32,000 bases of DNA from the NCBI RefSeq assembly GCF_000517405.1, contig NZ_CP006568.1, positions 1,669,152 to 1,701,151 on the forward strand, given 5' to 3'. A program made the position numbers and the translations under genes. The stretch's first letter is position 1, and each line of letters begins with the position of its first letter. The notes under the pieces were generated by a model. That model was not told where the DNA came from and ran no database searches. It saw only the letters and a program-made list of their open reading frames with translations. The DNA comes from Candidatus Sodalis pierantonii str. SOPE (GTDB lineage Bacteria > Pseudomonadota > Gammaproteobacteria > Enterobacterales > Enterobacteriaceae). Below are positions 9,532-17,093 of this stretch, in pieces.

Positions 9532-11090
9532 TTAGTGATAACTGTCCGGACCTCGGAGGTTTTCGTGAACCAGCATTGATACGCCGGCTCCGTCCTGGGT
9601 GACCTCACTTTCACGACCGTGTTTCAATACGTTGGCTATGAAAGAGCGGTTAATGCACCCTTTCTCCAACGCCAGCGCGCAGGCCTTCTCCAGTCGCGTC
9701 GTCTCATAGCGCCGTTGCAGATTGCAGATTGAGTAGCCCCAGCACGGAGCGGTAAGCCTGCTCCGGATGGGCTTTGCTCTTTTGGATGGACTCGACCACT
9801 TTCAGTGTGCACACACCCACCGACAGCGCCCAACTACACAGCCTTTCCGGCGTCCACTGACTCTGCCCCTTATGGGTTAGCCGGCATGTGCGCCGCCTGA
9901 GTCGTGTGCCTATAGGCGTTATCGCTGCGAGGGTGCGTAGCCACGCAGACGCCCTTATGGTGGATTTGCACCAGCCGTTGGGTGGCGATGACGTCAACGC
10001 GCTCGCCAACCAGCGGATGCGGCACCGAGTACCAGTTTTTGCCGTAGTCTATGTGGTAATCAGGTCCCACTCGGGCAACGAGATACTCACTGTATTCCCA
10101 TTGTGTGGGCGGTAGAGGCCCAAGAGCCGGTTTGTCCAGCTGCTCGAAGCGTTCAAGGCGACTTTGTCCGCCGTAATGACGCATCGGGCGCAAATTCAAC
10201 TCATGATTGAGTTCTCGTATCACCTGGTTGAGTTCGGCCAGCGAGTAGAACCTACGTTTACGCAACCGGGCCAAAACCCAGCGTTCTACCAGCTGCACAG
10301 TTGATTCTGCCTTCGCCTTGTCTTTCGGTTTTCTCGGGCGCGCCGGTAGCACCACTGTCTCATAGTGATTTGCCAGCGCCTGGTAGCTCTGGTTTATGAC
10401 CGGCTCATAGCGGTCAGGGGTGCTGACAGCGCTGCGCAGATTATCAGGTATCATCAGCTCCGGAACCCCACCCATGAAGTGCAGGCAGCGGCTATTGGCG
10501 TTGAGCCACGATGCCATGTCCTGGCCTTCGCAGGCTTCGATATACGCATAGCCTGACACGCCCATGGCAGCGACGAAGATAGCGACCTGGCGTACGTTAC
10601 CGGTCGCAGGGTTGACGATAGGTACGGTGGGGCCACAGAAGTCGATGAAGAGCTTTTCGCCAGCCTTGTGCTCCATGCGCATGGAACGCCGCTGCTTCTT
10701 TTTCCAGTCACGGAACAGTGCACAAAACTGTGAGTAACCGAGGGCATCACCGCCCACGGCGGACTGATATTCCATCCAGAGCAGCTGCTTGGTCATGCCC
10801 TTGAGGCTTAACTCGGTATCGATATCAAGCCAGCTGGGTAAGGTATTGATAACTTTTCCGGATTTGCCGGGATAGAGCAGGCGGTCGAGGTCGACGGGGG
10901 ACAGTTCCGCCGGCAATGGCCAGACCAGGTTAGCTACCGTGAATCGGCCGAGGATATCGTGCACGGTAGTACAGCCTATGCCGAGCGCTGCTGCGATAGT
11001 GCGATTCGAGCGACGCTGCTCGAATTTCATACGTAAGACATTAATATAGATGCACATTTCCGTTCTCGCTTTCTTCTTTTTACGTGCCAT
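9532..11090 (-). pseudogene. istA: IS21-family transposase IstA, two frameshifts
   Basis: A 406-aa N-terminal ORF ends at 9870 (...HMPANP*). It continues in another frame as KGQSQWTPERLCSWALSVGV...AHPEQAYRSVLGLLNLQ. A 7-bp tandem duplication (GCAGATT GCAGATT at 9717-9730) then shifts the frame again before RRYETTRLEKACALALEKGCINRSF...GPDSYH*. The total of 1559 nt minus 8 nt gives 517 codons. Confidence 0.88.
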
Positions 11091-11922
11091 GCCATGCCCC
11101 CGGAAGCTAAAAGTCTCCAGAGTATGGCGGAACAGAAGATGAGCGATCGGACAGAATCGGAATCGCTGATCGGGCGACCGGAATCAGCACGGGGATCGCG
11201 GCCAGCGCAGCACCCGACGCAGCCTGCATTACTATTTCGTCGCCCAGGATATCCATGAACGGGCCAGCTCAGCGCATGCGCGTTATCAGCAACTCCGCGG
11301 AGAGCTGCGTTTCAGCGATGTGCTGTTCCGTTTCCAACGCCTGTTGGAAATGCAGGCCCGCGCCTGCGAAAAACTCTCGCAATCTATTCTGCTGCGCCGT
11401 CGTTATCAGCACGATCCACGTTTCGAGCGCCTTTTTAGCCATCTTGACGCCGCCATCGCCAGCGCCGGTGCGGGGGCGCCCCTCGGCGCGCTGCACCCTT
11501 TGCTGAGCAACCTGCGCTCGATTGATGCCCAACTGGCCACCATCGAATCCGAGCAGGCCATCGCCCGAATGCCCACCGAGGATAATAGCCTGTCCGACGA
11601 TAAGCTTACCGGCTGGCTGGATATCCGCAGCCGTTTGCGGCTGAATCTGACGCCGGAATCCGCCCTGTTCCGTCATGCGGTGCGCATGTCGCTGGTATTG
11701 TGCGCCGGCTACGCGTTTATCCGTTTAAGCGGCATGCATTATGGCTATTGGATAATGCTGACCAGCCTGTTCGTCTGCCAGCCAAACTATCAGGCAACGC
11801 GACGGCGGCTGGCGCTGCGTATTATCGGTACCGTCGCCGGGGTAGTGATTGGCCTGCCGGTGCTGTATTTTATACCGTCCACCGAAGGTCAGCTGGTGCT
11901 TATCGTGTTGAGCGGCACGCTG

Positions 11923-11929
11923 TTTTTTT
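11923..11929 (+). repeat. T7 homopolymer carrying the yccS frameshift
   Basis: ctg ttt ttt tgc ctt tcg caa tag is out of frame. With one fewer T the frame reads LFFAFRNSQYAQATLFITLLVMLCFNL, which matches YccS. Confidence 0.85.
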
Positions 11930-12628
11930 GCCTTTCGCAATAGCCAATATGCCCAGGCCACCCTGTTTATCACCCTGCTGGTGATGCTCTGCTTCAACCT
12001 GGTCGACCAGGGCTTTGAGGTCGCGCTGCCGCGCCTGTTCGATACCCTGGTGGGCTGCGCCATCGCCTGGGCGGCGGTCAGTTTTATCTGGCCCGACTGG
12101 CGCTTTCGGCGCCTGCCCGCCGTGGTGGAAAAAAGCCTGACTGCCAACTGCCGCTACCTGGATGCCATTTTGGTGCAATACCATCAAGGCAAAGATAACC
12201 GCCTCGAGTACCGCGTGGCGCACAGTGATGCCCACAACCGCGATGCGGAACTGGCGTCGGTGGTGTCGAATATGTCCGCCGAACGCCGCGCGGGCGGGGA
12301 GCTCATGGATAACGCCTTCCGCCTGCTGTGTTTGAGCCACACCTTTCTCAGTTATGTTTCCACCTTGGGCGTCCACCGGGGGCTTATCGACAACCCGGCG
12401 GTGCTAGATATTCTTAATGACGCCACCTGTTATGTCGATGCTTTTCAGGCGCGTCTTAGCCAGGAGCGCGAAAAACTGCTGGCGCGTATCGCACAACTGG
12501 AGCCGGAGCCGGGCGCCCGGGAACAGCTGGTGATGCAGCAGGTCGGCCTGTTGCTGGCGCTGCTCCCTGAATTGACCGGCCGCAGCCGGCTGATAGCGCA
12601 GCAGAGTTAGCTTGCGCCCGAAGTGACA

Positions 12629-13228
12629 TCAGGCATGGCGGCGATGCCACTCCATCAGTTCGTTTCGCAAACACGGGGGCAGCGCCGCCAAATGCCGCCC
12701 TGCCAATGCCCCTTCCAGGGCCAACAGAACTTTGACGCTCAAATCCCGTTTGATGTTACGTAATTTCAGATAACTTGCTTTAGCGCCATGATTGCGCAGC
12801 GCATCCACATTTTGGATACCGGCTTTCCATAAAAGCCGCTCAATGCCCTGGCCGATGTTGGGCAGGTCTTTCAGGCGCGGGTGATCCGCCCGCACCTGCC
12901 GTTCGCGGCGCGCCTCCTCCAGCGTTTGTCTCCTGAGTACTATCAGCGTCGCCGGCGCATCCCACAGGGTCTCCGGCAGATGATAATAGTTCAGCGTGAC
13001 AGGGATGCCGCGCTTGGTGTAGATCAGTTTGCGCATCCCCAGCTCGCTATAGCGGTCTTCGTTGCCGCGAATACCGCGCAGCCAGCACTCGCCCTCGAGG
13101 ATTAGCGCGAACATGACCCCTCCTGCCGCCACGCTGTAGCCCCCGAATTGAGAACGGGTCGTTATCTCCCCTAATGGAGAAAACAGCGTCTTTGCCTGTT
13201 GAATACGTAACTTATAGTTAGCGTTCAT
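12629..13228 (-). CDS. sxy: competence regulator TfoX/Sxy, apparently intact
   Basis: 199-aa ORF. The blocks ...LGEITTRSQFGGYSV...VTLNYYHLPETLW...RLKDLPNIG...ALRNHGAKASYLKLR...LLALEGALAG are collinear with E. coli Sxy (209 aa). It is divergent from sulA, as in E. coli. Confidence 0.85.
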   Translation of the reverse strand: MNANYKLRIQQAKTLFSPLGEITTRSQFGGYSVAAGGVMFALILEGECWLRGIRGNEDRYSELGMRKLIYTKRGIPVTLNYYHLPETLWDAPATLIVLRRQTLEEARRERQVRADHPRLKDLPNIGQGIERLLWKAGIQNVDALRNHGAKASYLKLRNIKRDLSVKVLLALEGALAGRHLAALPPCLRNELMEWHRRHA

Positions 13229-13361
13229 GTGTTTTTCCTCTCATTCCTTTCATTGCGTGGCGTGATCCCGCCACTGCTGCATCACGTCCCGCAGGCTATC
13301 AACTTAATTCGCGCTATTTAAATACCTATTCACGGATCTGCGAGGCCGATTGATCTTTTGG

Positions 13362-13398
13362 TTGATTTTAACGCGCATCCCGGATACTGTGTTTTTAT
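13362..13398 (+). promoter_or_regulatory. sulA promoter (-35 TTGATT, 17-nt spacer, -10 TACTGT) plus the left half of the LexA box, now separated from sulA
   Basis: TTGATT lies at 13362-13367 and TACTGT at 13385-13390. GTTTTTAT at 13391-13398 is the left copy of the ISL3 target duplication. The layout resembles the recalled E. coli sulA promoter/SOS box. Confidence 0.7.
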
Positions 13399-13523
13399 GG
13401 GTCTTCCCCTGTTGTGGTGGCTCAATCGACAGTTTTGCATTTTTACTTTACTTATTTCTTTTGGCTGGAACTTGGACTTCTATATGGATGTCAAACGTAT
13501 TTACGTTTAAAGGAATAACGTTC

Positions 13524-13814
13524 ATGTCATGCTTAAAAAAATATGCATATGCCCCATTTATCTTACTGCTTCATGGTGTTGCAGCATCGGCCTCACCAAA
13601 TCTGATGTATAACACTGATAAGAAAGACTATTCACTGTCACCAGAGGTAACGCCAAAATTATCTTGGGAGAAAAGTGAGTCTCAAGTTGATAAAACTCAA
13701 TATTGTCTTACCCCTAGCGATCCGGGATGCAGCAATATGTGGCAAAAGGAAAATGAAAAGGAGAATGACGAGCGAATACAACATCACCAGCAAAAAAATT
13801 TTATAACTCCCTAA
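13524..13814 (+). CDS. hypothetical small secreted protein (96 aa) inside the ISL3 element
   Basis: ATG at 13524 with AAGGA 9 nt upstream. The N-terminus MSCLKKYAYAPFILLLHGVAASA-SPN looks like a Sec signal peptide. The mature part is Lys/Glu/Asn-rich with one Cys pair (CLTPSDPGC). The segment is strongly AT-rich relative to the window. I recognise no homolog. Confidence 0.45.
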   Translation: MSCLKKYAYAPFILLLHGVAASASPNLMYNTDKKDYSLSPEVTPKLSWEKSESQVDKTQYCLTPSDPGCSNMWQKENEKENDERIQHHQQKNFITP

Positions 13815-13823
13815 AATGATTGC

Positions 13824-15046
13824 TCAAAAATTCATATTTAGTTTCCCATAGTGGAACATTACGCCCATCTTGAAACGTTCTTTGTTCCTGAGGCCCCGTG
13901 ACTTGATCCTGAGCAGCCGTATTTTGCTGTTCAGGGACTCCGCATTCCCATTTGATACCCGGTTTTTCATTGCATTCAGAATGCCGTAAAGGCGTTTTGC
14001 CACCATGCGGGCAATGCTGGCCATGAGCGGTATGCCGGTGTCTTTAGCCATCGCTATTCATTCCTGCCACAGCTTACGGCTATGATTGTCATAGCGGCGG
14101 TGCCACAGATCGCGAGCAAGCTCTTTCATTACCCAGCACTGGCTCGTTTGGGGTAACATCAGCCGGGCAACTTCTAACCTCTCTGCCCGGCACCCGAGGC
14201 GATTTTGCTTGCTGTAAAACCATAGATAGCGTGAGCGGTGGGCGTCTTTCCTGTCTGACGACGGGATCTGTTTCATCTCAGCCTGACGGGTTTTATCAAC
14301 GACGGCGCACAACATTTTTGCCACATGGAAGTGATCGAAAGCGATTTTATCGACGGCATTGGGGAGATGGATGCGGGCTGCACTGATATAGGCCATGTTC
14401 ATGTCCATAGACAGCGTTTTTATCTCATCAAGCTGGTGATCTCTCAGCCTGCGCAGATAACTGGCAAGGCTTTCTACACCACGGTCGTCGATCAGTTGCA
14501 AAGCGCGTCCCTGCCTGTCAGAGATAACGGTGACGTACTGGTGTCCTTTTTTGAACCCGACTTCATCCACGCAGAGGTGACGGGCGGATAAGGGTTGTTT
14601 TATCCGGGCCAAGCCTCGTTTGACTGCGCGCATCATGATGCCGTCAACGGCATTCCAACTGAGTTTGAACTGCTTTCTGACAGCATCCACGGTGCTGACT
14701 TTCAGCCATGAAAGAACAAAGGGTTAGAACAACAAGGTGTAGCGGCTGCCTGACCCTGCCCAGGGAACAGGCAGTATCTGGCAACCGTGCTCGGGGCAGT
14801 CAACACGCGGGGGACATCAGCCTCAACCAGCGTGGTGAACTGACAGGTATCGAGGTGACGCCATTTACGACGCCGGTGATCATGTATGGAGCAGGATTTA
14901 CCGCAGGTTGGGCAGGCCAGTTGTGTGTGCTCGGCAATGCCGACAATTACCGTCACTGATCCAGATTTTTCATCAAGAGAAAGGGATTGTACCTGCCACG
15001 GTGCGAACAGGTTAAGGATATCGGCATAGAGGGACTTTTCGTCCAT
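13824..15046 (-). pseudogene. ISL3-family transposase: frameshift, TAA and TGA
   Basis: MDEKSLYADILNLFAPWQVQSLSLDEKSGSVTVIV...CPTCGKSCSIHDHRRRKWRHLDTCQFTTLVEADVPRV is followed by a frameshift at about 14798-14806. The frame continues DCPEHGCQILPVPWAGSGSRYTLLF*(TAA 14724-14726)PFVLSWLKVSTVDAVRKQFKLSWNAV...LWQE*(TGA 14055-14057)IAMAKDTGIP...SNGNAESLNSKIRLLRIKSRGLRN. GAGGAG lies before the ATG at 15046. Confidence 0.88.
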
Positions 15047-15112
15047 GGCAGACTCCTCAAAAATCAAGACTGCCATCATAATGCCCTTAGCCACCACAAC
15101 AGAGGAAGACCC

Positions 15113-15126
15113 GTTTTTATACAGTA
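15113..15126 (+). promoter_or_regulatory. right half of the split sulA LexA box (TSD copy plus ACAGTA)
   Basis: GTTTTTAT ACAGTA lies 19 nt upstream of the sulA ATG. Joined with 13385-13398 it rebuilds TACTGTGTTTTTATACAGTA. Confidence 0.7.
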
Positions 15127-15145
15127 ACACAGGGGCAGACATCCA

Positions 15146-15676
15146 ATGCAAACTCATCCTTATGCCACACCCGTAACCGGCGCACGCCGCCGCCGCGACG
15201 CCCAGCCTGAGGGCGTGAACGCGCCTTTGGCGCAGGGAGGGATCAGCGAAGTGGTTTATATTGAAGATCAGCCGGTGGTCGGACATATTCTGCTGCCGCT
15301 GCCGCTGCCGCTGCCGCTGCCGCTGCTGCGCCAGCTGGGTTTGCAATCCCGGCGGCTGCTGTGGCTGACATCGTCACGGCGGCTGAGCCGTCCCTGGCTG
15401 GCCCAGTCGGGCCTGCCGCTGCAAAAGGTGGTGCAGCTGCGTCAGCCGTCAGCGTTCGATACCGTTGCGGCAATGGAAAAAGCCTTGCTCACCGGCAATT
15501 TCAGCGTCATTCTGAGGTGATTTCCCGCTGAGCTGTCGGAAACGGACAAGCGTCGTTTGCAGAATGCCGCCCAGCAAGGCGGAACTTTCGGTTTCATCAT
15601 GTATCCGCAAAGCGGCTCGAATCGTCATTCTGGACAGTTTTCAGGGTTAAAAATTCACTCAACTTTGTATCATTAA
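15146..15676 (+). pseudogene. sulA: SOS cell-division inhibitor SulA with in-frame TGA, detached from its promoter
   Basis: The 177-codon frame reads ...[45 protein letters not shown]...[19 protein letters not shown]...GTFGFIMYPQS...SGLKIHSTLYH*. TGA at 15518-15520 aligns with the Trp of E. coli VIGWLADD. Confidence 0.85.
15293..15328 (+). repeat. (CTGCCG)5 + CTGCTG hexanucleotide tandem repeat inside sulA
   Basis: Five perfect CTGCCG units at 15293-15322 encode (Leu-Pro)5. E. coli has LLLLPLLQQ in this region. Confidence 0.9.
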
Positions 15677-15697
15677 GTAAAATTAGGATTATTCTCA

Positions 15698-15716
15698 GGT
15701 CGACGGCCCGTCGACC
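15698..15716 (+). other. perfect 9-bp-stem palindrome 22 nt downstream of sulA
   Basis: GGTCGACGG c CCGTCGACC, flanked by TTCT...AGAA. There is no downstream T-run, so a terminator function is uncertain. Confidence 0.35.
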
Positions 15717-16003
15717 AGAATGATCGCCTCCCAAACGGGGGAAATCCAGTGGATATGCGGCTTCGCGACCGTTTTCTTTCCTCACCGCAGCGTTTTTTTT
15801 GGCCCTTTTTTCCCTTCGTCGCTGCCCTGAAACGCTGTTTTTTATTAGCGGCTTACTACATCTTTCTTGTAAGTTTCCTACTTCGTTGTAGACTTTAATT
15901 CGCCGGGGTTGCTCTATAACGCTATTTTAATGGCGATGCACAGAGTCTGAGCACGAACGCCGGCAATGGATTTCTAAAATTAGCTTTAAAAGCTCATTTC
16001 CTA

Positions 16004-16028
16004 TTTGGATGATAACGAGGCGCAAACG
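16004..16028 (+). promoter_or_regulatory. 3' end of the ompA 5' UTR with Shine-Dalgarno
   Basis: TTTGGATGATAACGAGGCGCAAACG followed by ATG closely matches the recalled E. coli ompA leader (TTTGGATGATAACGAGGCGCAAAAAATG). Confidence 0.7.
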
Positions 16029-16039
16029 ATGAAAAAGAC

Positions 16040-17093
16040 GGCTTTGTTGAATAAATCGAACTTTTAGGTGACTGGCGGCTCTGATCACTACATTCGTTTC
16101 AAAATCAGGTCCCCATGGCAAAGCAAAAGTTTAAAATCACCAACTGGCCCGCATACAACAATGCGCTCAGGCAGCGGGGGGACATGACAGTATGGCTTGA
16201 TGAGTCAGCCATTGCTGCATGGACTGAGAGTACACCACCTGAACATCGTGGCCGGCCGCTTCACTACACCGATATGGCCATTACCACGGTTCTGATGATA
16301 AAGCGCGTGTTTAACCTTTCGCTCCGGGCGTTACAGGGTTTCGTTGACGCGATTTTAAACTGATGGGGCTGTCGCTGCGCTGCCCAGATTACTCTCTGGT
16401 CAGCCGGCGAGCAAAAACCGTCGACATCAGCATAAAAACGCCAACCCGCGGCGAAATCTCACACCTGGTCATCGATGGCACCGGCCTGAAAATCTTCGGC
16501 GAAGGCGAATGGAAAGTCAGGCAGCATGGGGCTGAGAGGCGCAGAGTATGGCGCAAGCTTCATCTGGCAGTAGATAGCGCGACACATGAAATTATCTGTG
16601 CCGATTTATCGCTAAGCGGTACGACAGATGCGCAGGCGCTGCCCGGGCTGATTAACCAAACCCACCGGAAAATCAGGGAAGCGTCGGCTGACAGTGCTTA
16701 CGATACGCGTTACTGTCATGATGCTCTGCTGAGGAAAAAAATAAAGCCGCTTATCCCACCGCGAAGTGGTGCGCAATATTGGCCAGCTCGATACCATGAG
16801 CGTAACCATGCGGTGGCAAATCAGCATCTGAGCGGCAATAACGATACCTGGAAAAAGAAAGTAGGTTATCACCGGCGTTCACTGGCTGAAACGGCCATGT
16901 TCCGGTTTAAAACACTTCTGGGTGGTCATCTGAGTCTGCATGACTATGACGCGCAGGTAGGTGAGGCTATGGCAATGGTCAAAGCGCTTAACCGGATCAC
17001 GTTGTTAGGAATGCCAAACAGCGTCCGCATCATGTAACAATCGCCCTGATAGGGAGGAAGTCGTCACAAATTTCGGATTTATTCAACAAAGCG
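16040..17093 (+). mobile_element. IS5-family (IS903-group) insertion sequence (1054 bp) with 9-bp target duplication
   Basis: The left IR GGCTTTGTTGAATAAATCG (16040-16058) is the IS903 terminal repeat as I recall it. The right end, reverse-complemented, is CGCTTTGTTGAATAAATCCG. GAAAAAGAC is duplicated at 16031-16039 and 17094-17102. Confidence 0.92.
16115..17037 (+). pseudogene. IS903-like DDE transposase, one frameshift
   Basis: MAKQKFKITNWPAYNNALRQRGDMTVWLDE...LRALQGFVDAIL (82 aa) is followed, after a 1-nt loss in ATTTTAAAC (about 16353-16360), by LMGLSLRCPDYSLVSRRAKTV...GMPNSVRIM. Together the two parts are collinear with the single 307-aa IS903 transposase. Confidence 0.9.

Larger units (their letters stand above)
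8651..11189 (-). mobile_element. IS21-family insertion sequence (2539 bp) with 5-bp target duplication
   Basis: The ends are TGCAGATTTCGACGTATCCGATCAGC and the reverse complement TGCTGATTCCGGTCGCCCGATCAGC. Several subterminal TCCGAT repeats are present. CGGGG is duplicated at 8646-8650 and 11190-11194. Removing the element restores the yccS frame (LRG-DRG). Gene order is istA then istB. Confidence 0.88.
7966..12610 (+). pseudogene. yccS: FUSC-family inner-membrane protein YccS: early TGA, IS21 insertion, T7 frameshift
   Basis: GTG at 7966 and TGA at 8014-8016. The frame then reads ...PWWLGSPTLTIPLTLGVVAAALASLDDRLTGRLRNL...LLTRLRG up to 8650. IS21 occupies 8651-11189. The gene resumes GDRGQRSTRRSLHYYFVAQDIHERASS...LFRFQRL...VCQPNYQATRRRL. 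A frameshift lies in T7 at 11923-11929. The frame then continues FRNSQYAQATLFITLL...IAQQS* to 12610. Confidence 0.88.
13399..15112 (-). mobile_element. ISL3-family insertion sequence (1714 bp) with 8-bp target duplication and a 425-bp passenger segment
   Basis: The terminal inverted repeats are GGGTCTTCCCCTGTTGTGGTGGCT (13399-13422) and the reverse complement of 15089-15112, GGGTCTTCCTCTGTTGTGGTGGCT (23/24 identical). GTTTTTAT is duplicated at 13391-13398 and 15113-15120. Confidence 0.88.

Noticed and set aside
13350-13523. Upstream part of the 154-aa ORF 13350-13814 as coding sequence
   Set aside because: It begins outside the ISL3 element and runs across the target duplication and the terminal inverted repeat (13399-13422). 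A start at 13524 with an AAGGA site and a signal peptide is the only biologically coherent version.
15293-15328. Short tandem repeat as a CRISPR array or contingency-locus promoter repeat
   Set aside because: The units are 6 nt with no spacers and lie in frame inside sulA. This is a coding microsatellite, not a CRISPR array.
14702-15473. Minus-strand ORFs with (QR)n and poly-Ala tracts (14702-15346 upstream part and 15243-15473) as novel repeat proteins
   Set aside because: The repeats are the antisense readings of the sulA (CTGCCG)5 microsatellite. The ORFs cross the IS/sulA junction and have no independent start or RBS support.
16353-16363. Programmed -1 ribosomal frameshift in the IS903-like transposase
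   Set aside because: IS903-group transposases are single-ORF proteins. The site lacks a canonical A-AAA-AAG-type slippery heptamer followed by a structure. A one-nucleotide loss explains it.
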